DNA from: Vicinamibacterales bacterium
GTDB lineage: Bacteria > Acidobacteriota > Vicinamibacteria > Vicinamibacterales > JAMQPK01
Reading direction: 5' to 3'
NCBI GenBank assembly: GCA_963762055.1
Contig: CAVXJF010000012.1
Span: 47,695-111,694 of the forward strand
DNA: 64,000 nt
Part shown: piece after piece, positions 20,575 to 34,785 of the stretch
How the letters are laid out: each line of letters opens with the position of its first letter
Position numbering within the stretch: the first letter of the stretch is position 1
Made by a program: the position numbers and the translations under genes
The notes under the pieces: model-generated
Told to the model about the DNA's origin: nothing
Databases searched by the model: none
The model's input: only the letters and a program-made list of their open reading frames with translations

Positions 20575-23500
20575 ATGACGTGTTCGCACTCCATCAGGCT
20601 CGTAATACTGGGCTGCGTTGCTGCCCATCTGCTGGAGCTCACCGCACTTGCGGTCGACCGCATCCGCTCAAACACATCCCACCACTGGTGACCTGACGGG
20701 AACAGTACGCGACGAAACACAAGGCGTCCTGCCGGGGGTGACGATTGTCGCCGTCGAACCTGACATTGCGCTGACTCGCACCACGGTCAGCGGGGACAAC
20801 GGTACTTTTGTCGTTCCGGCGCTTCCAGCCGGTACCTATCAGCTCCGCGCCGAGCTGGCGGGCTTCAACCTACAAATATTCGATGATGTCGTGATCACGG
20901 TCGGTTCGACGCTCGACGTATCAATTACGCTGCGCCTTGGCGGATTCGCCGATCGCATCACTGTCGTTGCGGCGACCCGCGCGCTCATCGATCCAGAGCG
21001 AACGGCAATCGCCAGAGAGGTTACGCAGCGGCAGATTGAAAGCCTGCCGATCAACAGGCGCAATTTCGTGTCGTTCGCGCTGGTCACGCCTGGCGTGACG
21101 CCAGACCAAACCCCGGCCCAGGGCGCCGCGAGCACTTCCGGGCTGGTCTTTCACGGTCAGCGGGCGCGCTCGAACAACATCACGATCGACGGCCTGGACA
21201 ACAACGACATCACCGTTGGCAGCGTCCGTGCCACATTCAGTCAGGAGGCCGTCCGCGAATTTCAGGTGGTGACGAATTCTTACGGCGCGGAATTCGGGAA
21301 CGCGTCCGGCGGCGTGGTCAACATCGTCACCAGAAATGGCACCAACAGTTTTCAGGGCAGCGCGTTCGCATATTTTCGTGATCGTGCGCTCAATGCGCGA
21401 AATTATTTTGAGCGGTTCGACGTCTCCGGAACCCCTATCGACCCGCCCAAGGCCCCGTACGCGCAGCTGCAGTTCGGCGGCATCGCCGGAGGCCCGATCA
21501 AGCGTGATGCGACGTTCTTCTTTCTCTCCTTCGAGCGGCTCGATGTCGACAACAGCCGCTTCGTCACCATCGACGACACGACGTTGGTTCCAGATCCGAG
21601 CGGAGGACCCCCGCTGGGAACGCCTGCGGAGATCATTCGCCGCGCGGGTTTTGTGATCGAAACGGGGCATGTTCCATTCGTCGAGCACTCCAATGCGTTC
21701 CTTGCCAGAATCGATCATCAGTTCGGCGCCGACAGGAATCTGATCGTGCGGGCGAATTATGCCGGCGCCAACAATGAGAATGCGGAACCTTGGGGTGGAC
21801 TGGCTGCGCGGAGCCGCGGGGCGGTGATCGAATCGAAGGACATTGCGGTCGCGAGCTCGTACACGCACGTACTCTCTCGAAGAATGCTCAACGAGGTTCG
21901 AGGGCAGTACGCCTACAGAGACCAGAGCGTGCTCGCGCTCGATCCACGCTGCCCGATGCCGTGCACGGCCGAGAACCAGGGTGGGCCGACGGTGGGAATA
22001 ACGGGAGTTGCAGCGTTTGGCCGTCAACAGGTACACCCCCCAGCTCCGCGCTCCGAAACTCTGGCAAGTGGTGGATACGCTGACGTTCAACGGTCCCAGC
22101 CATAGTCTCAAGGCCGGCCTGGACCTCAGATACATCGATACGCCCGCTAGCTTGCCGCTGGCATTCGGCGGCCAGTTTGCGTTTTCTGCGCTGCCGCTGA
22201 TTCCGGGTCTGACCCCCGCGCCGGTTTCAGGCATTCAGGCGTTTGCGTTGGGGATTCCTGCTGTGTATTCCAGGGCTACGGTAATTCCGACGCGGGATAT
22301 TCGTATAAAGAATTGTCGGGCTTTGTTCAAGACGACTGGAAGGTTGGCAGCGCCCTTACCCTCAAAGCTGGTCTGCGCTACCAGCTTTCGCTGTGGCCTC
22401 GTCTTCACGTCACCCCTCCGGGCCTGGAGGCCTACACCTTTCCACGTGATTACAACGACCTGGCACCTCGGCTCGCGTTCGCGCTGAGGCCAGCCTCCGC
22501 GATGGTGTTGCGCGGTGCCTATGGAATGTTTTTCGAGCGGCATCCGACGACGCTCGCCGCCAACGTCAAATCCCTGAACGGAGGGGATGGTGTCCGCACG
22601 TTTCTTGCGACCCTTCCGTCGATGGTGCCGGTTACGGCCTGGGCGACACCTGAACGACAGCTGCCGGAACCGTCAACGCCATTTTTGAGTGTGATTCAAA
22701 CCGTCGATCCCGCTCTCAAATCGCCTTATGCGCACCACGCTTCAGGCGGTATCGACCGCGAGCTGCCGGGGCAAGTTCTGGCTTCGGCGAATGTCGTATG
22801 GATACGAGGGGCCAATCAGCTCGGTGTGCTGGATTACAATCCGATTGTTGCCGAGCTCGGTCCGGGCCGGCGTCCTCTCGATGTCAACGGCGTGGCCGGG
22901 ACCTCGACCAGCGTCTCTCAACTGACGTCCTACGGCACAACGTGGTATCGCGGGCTGATGTTGTCTCTGTCGACACACCGCCAACGCCATCAGTTTCTCG
23001 CGAGTTACACCTGGTCGCGCGCTGAAGACAACGTCACGGACTATATCGGCGGACCGGAAAACAACGGAGGGGGCCGCGATCCCGGCAACCCGCACGGGTT
23101 GCCTCTGGGATTCGACCCGTCGGCCGAGCGCGGCCCTTCAGTTCACGATCAGCGTCACCGTCTCGTCCTCAGCGGCTTCTACGAAGCCCCGTTCGATCTG
23201 CAACTGTCGAGCATTGTCACGGCGGCGTCTGGCCGCCCCTACAGCGTGTTGGCAGGTTTCGACTTCAACAGGGACGGGTCGCCGACGGATAGAGCGCGCG
23301 GCAACCCGCAGTCAGCGCCGTCAGACTATTCGACAAGCGTGAGAAGAAACAGCGAGCGATTGCCCGGAAGCGTCATCGTTGATGTCCGGTGCGTCAAACG
23401 GTTTCAGACAAGCGGCCGTGTCTCACTCGACGTGTTGATCGAAGCGTTCAACGTTTTTAATCATGTGGCCTTCAATCAGATAAACACCTTCTTCGGCCCT

Positions 23501-23597
23501 GGTGCGTATCCTTCGTCCCCGGCCGCCGGTTTCGGTCAGTTCACACCAGGCCGAAGCGCCGCGACAGGTGCAAGTAGGTGTGAGAGTCGCCTTCTAG
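20575..23597 (+). CDS. TonB-dependent receptor, Oar-like (about 4 frameshifts)
   Basis: TGDLTGTVRDETQGVLPG, GQRARSNNITIDGLDN, AEFGNASGGVVNIVT; segments at 20618, 22008 and 22313 join; repaired C-terminus QAEAPRQVQVGVRVAF*. Confidence 0.85.
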
Positions 23598-25999
23598 CGA
23601 TCGCCGGGACTGGCCGGCAAGCCGACTTGCTTGACGAGCTCCTGGAACCGCGGATCCTTCTTCAGCCCGTCGAAATGCGGGTTGACGTTGATAAAGGGTA
23701 CGTGCCCGTGACGTTCGCGGACTGCCGCTCGTCAGCCACTCGATTGCTCGATCGGCGTCACCGATGTCTGCAAAGTAATAAGCGACGAGGATCGCTGGCG
23801 CGCCTCCGTTTTTGGCCGCCTCTTCCAAAGCCGCCCTCCTTTCAGCTGAGCTTCGCGTGGGCTGCGGATCAACGCGAGGTAATTGCGCAAACGGCTTCGG
23901 CGCGACGGAGGTCCGAATCGTGTTTCGAAAGAATTTCCGTGAAATCGTCCGCGGATTTCCCGCTCATCTGAAGTGCCGACATGAGCAGTCCCTGAGCGCC
24001 GCTATTGGTCTTGTCGAGTTCCAGAATTTTGATCGCTTGGGTGATGACCTCGTCGTACCGCCGAGCGAAGAACAGGCTGCCGGCCAGACCCAAATTGGCA
24101 TCCAGGCTGAGTGGGTCCAGGTTGATGGCCGCGCGTCTCTCGGCCACAGCTTCGAGCGTGCCGACCGACGGCCGTTAAATAATTGCCATAACCCGAATGC
24201 GCTCGCGCAGAATCGGGGGAAAGCTCCAGAGCGCGGCGGAAATCGGCCGCCGCTCGAGCAAAATCCCAGTCATAGAACAACTTGACGACCCCGCGAGCGG
24301 CAAGAGCGTCTCCGAGATCGGGATCGATCTCCAAAGCCCGTTGAGCCGCCGTTCTGGCACGCGGGTAAGCATCGGCGGGGGGCATCACTCCCAGATATCC
24401 ACTCCACGAAAATGAATCAGCCAGCCCCGCGAACCCAAGCGCATACCCGGGGTCCAGGTCGATTGCGCGTTTGAAAAATTCACTACTGCGACGGATGTCA
24501 TCCGGCGTTTGTTTGTTCAGGTAATAGAGACCTTTCAGGTAAAGGTGGTACGACTCGATGTTATCGGTGTACCGCCGCCTGAGCCGCTGATCGTCCTGCT
24601 CGCTCACGCGCACGCGAAGCTGTTTGACGAGTTCCGTCGAAATCGACTCCTGCAAATCCAACAGGTCGTCGAGCGAACTTTCGTACTGCCGGCCCCAGAC
24701 TTGGGCGACTTCGCGTGCGTCGCTCAGCTCCACCGCGAGCGTGAGGCGCTTGTCGCGCTGACTGATTCGCCCCGTTACCATGGCGGCCACGTCCAGCTGT
24801 TGTCCGAGCTCCAGCGGGTCGACGTTCTTGTCCCGGTACCAGTACACCAGGGACCTCGGCACGACGCGCAACGACGACACCTGCGCCAGCCCATTGATCA
24901 GACGATCGGTGATCCCGTCGCTCAGGTAGTCGTTGTCGGCATTCCCGGTGCCGTTCACAAATGGCAACACGGCAACTGAATCGAACGTCGTCCGCTGCGG
25001 CCACTGAAGAACGATTCCTGTCGCGATCAGCGCTGCGACCGCGCTTGCGGCCACAAGAGTGAGGGGACGCGCCGCGACGGCTGAGCGATGTTTTCTGGCG
25101 CCGGCCGCCGTGTGGCCCGGCCGCAGAGTTCGCTCGGCCGTGTCGCGCTGAAGCCGCTTGAGATCAGCCTGAAGCTCCGCTGCCGTCTGGTAGCGGAAAT
25201 CGCGGTCTTTCTCCAGGGCCTTTGCGATGATTCGCTCGAGCTCAACCGGCAGTCCGGGATTGAGGCGTACCGGTGCGCAGGGCTCGCGATTCAGTATCGC
25301 GTCGAGCTTCGTCAGGGCCGTGTCCCCGGGAAACGGCAACTGCCCGGTGGCTGCCTGGTAGAGAACAATCCCGAGCGAAAAGAGATCGGTGCGCGTGTCC
25401 ACGTCCTCCCCCCGGATCTGCTCGGGAGACATGTAAGCCCACGTTCCCACCAGACATCCCGTGGCCGTAATGGACCTGGCACCGGTGAGACTGGTGTCGA
25501 TGTCGTCTGGACGGGTGAGGGACTGCGCAGCGGAAAACTTCGCGAGACCGAAATCCATCACCTTGGCTTCGCCGCGGTTGGACACCATGACGTTCGTCGC
25601 TTTTATGTCGCGATGAATGATGCCCTTGGCGTGAGCGGCGTCCAGCGCGTCGGCGACTTGAATCCCGAGGCTGATCACGGTGTCGGTTTTCAGTGGTTTG
25701 CCGTTGATCAGGTGCTGGAGCGTGTGCCCTTCGACGAGCTCCATCGCGATGAACGGACCCTCGTCGATTTCCCCGATCTCATAGAGGGTGCAGATGTGCG
25801 AGTGATTCAGCGCAGAGGCGGCGCGTGCTTCGACCAGAAAGCGGTCGCACGCCTGCCGGTCGTCCGCGAGCTGTTCCGACAGGAACTTGAGCGCGACCTT
25901 GCGCTTGAGCTTGATGTCCTCCGCCAGATACACGACACCCATGCCCCCTTGACCGAGGGTATCGAGCACCTGGTAGTGGGAGATTATTCGGCCCTTCAT
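23594..25999 (-). CDS. Hanks-type Ser/Thr kinase with TolB-like segment and TPR repeats (about 3 frameshifts at the 3' end)
   Basis: GQGGMGVVY, VALKFL, HRDIK, DFG, YMSPEQ; SVAVLPF...YLSDG; TPRs; repaired end DPRFQELVKQVGL. Confidence 0.9.
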
Positions 26000-26107
26000 T
26001 TCCGGGTTCGCCGGAATCTTAGGCCCGGAGGGTACGAGGGTCAAGCTAGGGACAACCACCGTGGTCGTGTCCACCGAACCGGCCAGGCAGGATTAGCGAA
26101 TAGAAAG

Positions 26108-26140
26108 AAAAAGGGCGGGTCTCGTTAAAGACCCGCCCTT
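26108..26140 (-). terminator. Intrinsic terminator of the radical SAM gene
   Basis: Minus strand AAGGGCGGGTCT-ttaacg-AGACCCGCCCTT-TTT. Confidence 0.88.
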
Positions 26141-26143
26141 CCA

Positions 26144-26183
26144 GACTGTCGACTATCGACTGTCGACCGTAGACTGTCGACTG
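26144..26183. repeat. Six GACTGTC-type heptamers
   Basis: gactgtc/gactatc/gactgtc/gaccgta/gactgtc/gactg. Confidence 0.85.
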
Positions 26184-26184
26184 G

Positions 26185-28272
<2,088 letters not shown>

Positions 28273-28297
28273 TCAATAAGCTCCTTTGGATCCAAAG

Positions 28298-28325
28298 GTC
28301 CGGCTGAAAGCCAGACACTACGTAC
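28298..28325. repeat. Single REP unit upstream of the radical SAM gene
   Basis: GTCCGGCTGAAAGCCAGACACTACGTAC. Confidence 0.75.
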
Positions 28326-28475
28326 CTCCGTACCGATGGCCCTGTGGGGACGAGATCGGGACCCAAGAACACCCAATAATATCGGCAAGTCAGCAACTTA
28401 CAGCCGTTTTTGGCCTGTATTGGCAATGGGCGGCCCTGAGCGGGCAAACTTGGCGTACGGACGGCGGGGCAGTTA

Positions 28476-28561
28476 GGCAACAGGCTACGGGCCACAGGCC
28501 GCAGGCAACGGTGGCCTATTCGGCCGTCAGGGCTACTGGCTAATGGCTACCGGCTATTGGC
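28476..28561. repeat. Two GGC-initiated heptamer arrays in the divergent promoter region
   Basis: ggcaaca/ggctacg/ggccaca/ggccgca/ggcaacg (28476-28510); ggctact/ggctaat/ggctacc/ggctatt (28531-28558). Confidence 0.75.
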
Positions 28562-28588
28562 CGGATTACGTATGGCAAACTACACAAA

Positions 28589-29624
28589 ATGCAGATTCGT
28601 GACGTCACCATCGTGGGGGCGGGGCCGGCGGGTTTGGCGGCGGGCATCGCGGCGAAAAAAGCCGGGCTGGACTATTCCATCGTCGAAAAAGGCGTCCTCG
28701 TCAATTCCATCTACAAGTTTCCCGTCAACATGGTGTTCTTCACGACACCAGAGCTCCTCGAGATCGGCGGGCTGCCGCTCGTCTCTCCCTTCGAAAAGCC
28801 GACGAGGCTCGAAGCGCTTCGCTATTACCGCCGCGTCGTCGACACCTACGAGCTGCCAATCGACTTCGGCGAGCAGATCGTCGACGTGAAGCCCGCCTCC
28901 GCGCGCGCCCGCCCGAACGAGGCAGGCGAGCAGGACGTTTTCGAGATCGAGACGCGGACGGATAAAGGTGTGCGGCGGATCCGGCACAGCCGGAACGTCA
29001 TCTTCGCCATCGGCTACTTCGATCACCCGAATTACATCGGCGTGCCTGGAGAGAAGCTGCCGCACGTGTCGCACTACTACAACGAGTCGCACGGGTTCTA
29101 CCGGAAGAACGTGGTCATCGTCGGCGGCGGCAACTCGGCGGCGGAGACGGCGCTCGAGCTGTTCCGTTCGGGGTCGCACGTCACGCTGGTGCATCGCCAT
29201 CCGCAGTTGAAGCCGAGCATCAAATATTGGGTGCGGCCCGACATCGAAAACCGCATCAAGGAAGGCTCCGTCACGTGGCCTCCTCAACACGACGGTCGTC
29301 GAGATTCTTCCGTCGAGCGTCGTCGTCGAGCGTGACGGCGCGAAGGAGGAGATCCCGGCCGACGCGGTCTTCCTGCTCACCGGATATCATCCCGACTGCG
29401 ACTTGTACCGGCGCGCCGGCATCCGGCTCAACCGCGAGACGATGGCGCCCGAGTTCAACCGGGATACGTTCGAGACGAACGTCCCCGGGATTTTTCTCGC
29501 GGGCGGCGCGATTTGCGGCCGGGATACCTCCAATATCTTCATCGAAAACGGGCGGTTCCATGGCGAAGCGATCATCAGCGTGCTCGCCGGACGGCTTGGA
29601 AAGCAGTACGCCGGAACCCGCTGA
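28589..29624 (+). CDS. ypdA: YpdA-family putative bacillithiol disulfide reductase (one frameshift near 29278)
   Basis: IVGAGPAG, EKGVLVNSIYKFPVNMVFF, GYFDHPN, GGGNSA, IKYWVRPDIENRIKEG, FIENGRFH. Confidence 0.88.
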
Positions 29625-29630
29625 CGCCGC

Positions 29631-30263
29631 ATGAGCCAGAGCACAACGCGGACCGTACACATCCGCCCGCCGTCGGTGCGCGCCGAAACGCTCAACGTAC
29701 TGAAAGCGGCGGCAGCCATCGCGGTGGTCGTAGCCGCATACGTGTTCCGGCCGTCATTCGGCGGACCGCCGGGGGCCACGCAGGAATTGCCGGCCGGACT
29801 TCTGCCGTATCAGCAGCTCATACGCGACGCGCCGGCAGCCGATCAGCGCATTTTCAGAGAATTGCAGGAGGGGCTGCTCGAAGCCGAGCGCATCCGCGCC
29901 CAGACGGGGCACTGGCCCGACGTCACGACGCTGGCGGCCGAAGGCATTCCGCCGTTTGCGGCGGACCCAACGCAGAAGGTCGAATACAAGTGGACATCGG
30001 TGCGTCAGGACTGGGCGACCAATTATCTGGGCGTGCCTTCGGACACCTCGAAGCCGGCCTGGGTGCTCGTCATACTCGAACCCGAACCGGGCGCGCCGGC
30101 CGATCCGGCGCCCAACGATGAGACCCATCATCGGCTGCCCGACGGAACGACGCTGCACGTGTCTGCGTGGAGCATCCCGGAAGACAAGCGCCGCAGCAGC
30201 TTCGCCGCGTTGAGGCTGCCGCAGAATGAAGGCTGGACGAACTGGCTGGTGGGAGGGCAGTGA
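29631..30263 (+). CDS. Membrane-anchored hypothetical protein (DUF6162/FpvK-like by recollection)
   Basis: IRP..VRAETLNVL, one TM, FRELQEGLLE, WPDVTTLAAEGIPPFA; directly upstream of a metal ABC operon. Confidence 0.6.
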   Translation: MSQSTTRTVHIRPPSVRAETLNVLKAAAAIAVVVAAYVFRPSFGGPPGATQELPAGLLPYQQLIRDAPAADQRIFRELQEGLLEAERIRAQTGHWPDVTTLAAEGIPPFAADPTQKVEYKWTSVRQDWATNYLGVPSDTSKPAWVLVILEPEPGAPADPAPNDETHHRLPDGTTLHVSAWSIPEDKRRSSFAALRLPQNEGWTNWLVGGQ

Positions 30264-31268
30264 TGGGGATGGGGAAAGTGGAGAAAGTGGAAAGGAAAAA
30301 GTGGAAAGTGGAAAGTAGGTGCGGCTACAAGCGCATCGCGTCGTTCCTTCTTACTTTTTACTTTTTACTTTTCACTTTCCACTTTCAGGCAGTCCGCCCA
30401 GCCTGCACCCCTCAAGATCGGCGTCACGCTCCACCCGTATTACTCATGGACAGCTAACGTCGTCGGCAAGCTGCCGGGGTACGAGGTGCGCGCGCTGCTG
30501 CCGGGTGATATCGACGCGGGTGACTATCAGCCGCGGCCGCAGGACATCAAGCGGCTTGCCGATCTCGACGTCGTCGTCATCAACGGCATCGGACACGACG
30601 ACTTCATCCTGCCGATGCTGAAGGCGTCGGGCAACACGCGAGCGACGATCCTCCGCGTCAACACGGAGACGCCGACGATTCGCGCCGAACGCGGCAATGG
30701 CGTCAACTCCCACACGTTCATCTCCTTTTCGAACGCCATCCAGCAGACCTACGCGATTCAGCGCGCCCTCGCCAGGCTCCGGCCGCAGGATGCCGCCGCG
30801 CTCCAACAGAACGCGGCCGACTATGCTCGGCGGCTCCGGGTCATCAAGGCCAACGCCGCATCGCGGCTCGCCGACGCGCGAGTCACGCGCGTCGTGACGG
30901 TTCACGACGGGTATGGATATCTGCTCCAGGAGTTCGGACTGGAGGTGGCGGGCGTTGTTCAGCCCTCGCACGGCCTGACGCCGTCAGCGGGCGAATTGCG
31001 CGACATGGTGGCCCTGCTCAAACGCGAGAAGATCGCCGTTGTGTTCAGCGAGGCCACATTTCCCGAGCCGCTGTTGAAAGTGCTGCGCGATGAGGCCGGC
31101 GTGACGGTGTACCTCATCAGCCACGTTGCCTCAGGTCCCTTCACCGCCGACAAATTCGAACGGGAGATGCAGCAAAACGCCGAGACCATGATCCGCGCGC
31201 TGGTCACCCTAGCAGGAGACCAGGAGAGTCAGGAGGAATTTTTTTGGAACAACCCAAGTAACTCCTAG
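30263..31268 (+). CDS. Metal ABC transporter substrate-binding protein, ZnuA/FpvC-like (start needs a frameshift)
   Basis: LKIGVTLHPYYSW, INGIGHDDF, NSHTFIS, VHDGYGYL, PSHGLTPS, HVASG; main frame open from 30264 with no start codon before the mature domain. Confidence 0.85.
30273..30388. repeat. Inverted pair of heptamer arrays (GAAAGTG)n and (CACTTTT/C)n
   Basis: ggaaagtg/gagaaagtg/gaaag/gaaaaagtg/gaaagtg/gaaagtag, then cttacttttt/acttttt/acttttc/actttcc/actttc. Confidence 0.85.
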
Positions 31269-31283
31269 TCTCCTGATCTCCGT
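31213..31283. repeat. Inverted CAGGAG / CTCCTG octamer arrays at the SBP-ATPase junction
   Basis: caggag at 31213, 31221, 31230; ctcc at 31262, 31270, 31278. Confidence 0.7.
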
Positions 31284-31902
31284 GTTCAAGGATCCGTTGC
31301 TCGAGATTTCGAGGCTGACGCTCGGGCCCGCACGCCAGGCGCTGCTGTCGAACTTCTCACTGACCGTCGAGCGGGGCAGCCTGCATGCGATCGTGGGGCC
31401 GAATGGCGCCGGCAAGACGACGCTGCTCTCCGCGATTCTTGGCCTCGTCCCGTTCGAAGGCGACATCGTCGCGCACTGGTCGGGGCGAGGGCGGATTGCG
31501 TATGTCCCGCAGCACTTCCAGGTCGATGCGACGCTGCCTGTCACCGTGGCCGATTTTCTGGCGCTGACCCGCCAGAGCCGTCCCGTGTGCCTGGGTGTTT
31601 CCGCGGCCGTCCGTTCGCGAGTCTCACGGCTGCTCGAACGGGTTGATTTACGCGGGTTCGAGAGTCGTCTTGTTTCCGCTCTGTCGGGCGGAGAGCTCCG
31701 CCGCGTGCTGCTTGCCAACGCGCTCGATCCACTGCCCGAGCTGCTGATTCTCGACGAGCCGGGCGCGGGGCTGGACGAAGCGTCCGCCCGCTGGCTCGAC
31801 GAAACGCTGATGGCGCTGAAAGGCGAGATGACCGTGTTGATGGTCTCTCACGATTCCGACCAGGTCCGGCGCCTTGCCGATCGCATCACGAACCTGAGCT
31901 AG
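31282..31902 (+). CDS. Metal ABC transporter ATP-binding protein
   Basis: GPNGAGKTT, AYVPQ, LSGGELRR, LILDEP, VSHD. Confidence 0.93.
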   Translation: MFKDPLLEISRLTLGPARQALLSNFSLTVERGSLHAIVGPNGAGKTTLLSAILGLVPFEGDIVAHWSGRGRIAYVPQHFQVDATLPVTVADFLALTRQSRPVCLGVSAAVRSRVSRLLERVDLRGFESRLVSALSGGELRRVLLANALDPLPELLILDEPGAGLDEASARWLDETLMALKGEMTVLMVSHDSDQVRRLADRITNLS

Positions 31903-32730
31903 ATGATCTCCGACCTGTTCGAATATCCGTTTCTCGTGCGCGGGTTCCTGTGCGTGATGCTGCTCGCGCCGCTGCTCGGCGGCCTCAGCCATCTCGTGGT
32001 CGCCAGACGCATGGCGTTTTTTGGCGCCGCGCTCGGACAGGCGGCGATTACGGGCGTCTGCGTTGGCCTCCTGATTGGTGAGCCGCTCAACGCGCCGTAT
32101 GGCGGGATGTTCGGCTTTTCTCTCTTGTCGGCGCTGGCGATGGTCTACGCGAAGCGCCGTTCGAAGCTGCCGAACGACACGCTCATCGGCGTGTTTCTCG
32201 CGCTGACGCTGGGGCTGGGGTTGTGCCTGCTCGTCGCAGTCACACGGCAGTTCAACGTCCATCAGGTCGAAGCGATCCTTTTCGGGAGCCTCCTGACGGT
32301 GACCGACACCGACCTCGTCCTGCTCGTCGTCGCGGCGGCCGGTGTCGCGTTCCTGCTCTTCCGCCATTACAACGACCTGCTGCTCGACAGCCTGAGCCCT
32401 CATCTCGCCACCGCGCGCGGGATCAATTCCGCCTATCTCGAATACGGGTTTGCGATCGTGCTGACGATCGCCATCCTGGTGAGCCTGAAGATCATCGGCG
32501 CGCTGCTCGTGGAAGCGCTCGTCATCGTGCCCGCCGCCGCGGCGCGGAACATGGCCGTCAGCACGCGGTCGTATCTCGCGTGGAGCGTCGCCGTGGCGTT
32601 TGTCGCGGGAGTGGGCGGGCTGATTATTTCGACGCGGCTGCTGGTGCCGACCGGGGGCGCGGTGGTGCTGGCGGCGAGCCTGATCTTTTTCGCGACGCTT
32701 GCCGCGGGCGCGCTGCGCCGCAGTACGTAA
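31903..32730 (+). CDS. Metal ABC transporter permease (ZnuB/ABC-3 family)
   Basis: VVARRMAFFGAALG, DTLIGVF, EAILFGSLL, KIIGALLVEAL.IVPAAAARN. Confidence 0.92.
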   Translation: MISDLFEYPFLVRGFLCVMLLAPLLGGLSHLVVARRMAFFGAALGQAAITGVCVGLLIGEPLNAPYGGMFGFSLLSALAMVYAKRRSKLPNDTLIGVFLALTLGLGLCLLVAVTRQFNVHQVEAILFGSLLTVTDTDLVLLVVAAAGVAFLLFRHYNDLLLDSLSPHLATARGINSAYLEYGFAIVLTIAILVSLKIIGALLVEALVIVPAAAARNMAVSTRSYLAWSVAVAFVAGVGGLIISTRLLVPTGGAVVLAASLIFFATLAAGALRRST

Positions 32731-32735
32731 TGAGT

Positions 32736-32797
32736 AGTACGTAGTGTCCGGCTTTAGCCGGACCGCACGGTCCGCCTAAAGGCGGACACTACGTACT
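32736..32797. repeat. REP-like element between convergent genes
   Basis: Perfect 14-bp terminal inverted repeat AGTACGTAGTGTCC/GGACACTACGTACT enclosing hairpins 32746-32763 and 32770-32787. Confidence 0.92.
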
Positions 32798-32800
32798 GCA

Positions 32801-33427
32801 CTAATGCATGCGTGATTTGCCGCCGTGCGAGGGCATCATGCGCATTTCCAGCAGTTCGACGAGCGTTTCACACCGCTCGAGCAGGCTGTTGCATTCGAGC
32901 AGCGCCTGTTTTTCGAGCGGCTCGAGGTGCTGCGCGATCGCATGGACGAGGTCGGAGTCCGGCACGTCTTTGGGAATGAAATCGTGGTCCGTCTTCTGCA
33001 GCTTGCGCGCCAGCAGCCTCTCCAGCTTCTGCCGCGCCTGCTGAATCGCCGAGACACTGCCCGCCGTCGACTCCCGGATCGATTCGATCCTGGCGACGCG
33101 ATAGCGCTGAATGCCCTCGCGCGCGTAGCGCTCCTCGTCGATGCGGAACTTCTGGGTCCCGCGCAGGATGATGTTGTAACGCCCGTCCGCGAGCGGCTCG
33201 GCGTGGGTGATGAAGCCGGCGCAGCCGACCGGATACACACGCGGTGCGCCTTCGTAGTCCGGCTCCCACCCCGGCTGCAGCATCACCATGCCGATCAGGC
33301 GCTCGCCGTCGAGCGCATCTTCGACCATCGCGCGATAACGCGGCTCGAAGATATGCAGCGGCAGCAACGTGCTGGGGAACAGCACCACGTTCGGCAGAGG
33401 GAAGATCGGAATCTCAGAAGGCAGCAT
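32801..33427 (-). CDS. LON peptidase substrate-binding domain protein
   Basis: IPIFPLPNVVLFP..LLPLHIFEPRYRAMV, GRYNIILRG. Confidence 0.92.
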   Translation of the reverse strand: MLPSEIPIFPLPNVVLFPSTLLPLHIFEPRYRAMVEDALDGERLIGMVMLQPGWEPDYEGAPRVYPVGCAGFITHAEPLADGRYNIILRGTQKFRIDEERYAREGIQRYRVARIESIRESTAGSVSAIQQARQKLERLLARKLQKTDHDFIPKDVPDSDLVHAIAQHLEPLEKQALLECNSLLERCETLVELLEMRMMPSHGGKSRMH

Positions 33428-33436
33428 GGCGCTCTT

Positions 33437-33471
33437 GATCTAGAGATCTACAGATCTAGAGATCTCTAGAT

Positions 33472-33474
<3 letters not shown>
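33437..33474. repeat. Five GATCTA-type octamers
   Basis: GATC at 33437, 33445, 33453, 33461, 33469. Confidence 0.85.
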
Positions 33475-34773
<1,299 letters not shown>

Positions 34774-34785
34774 TGGTCCCTGTCA

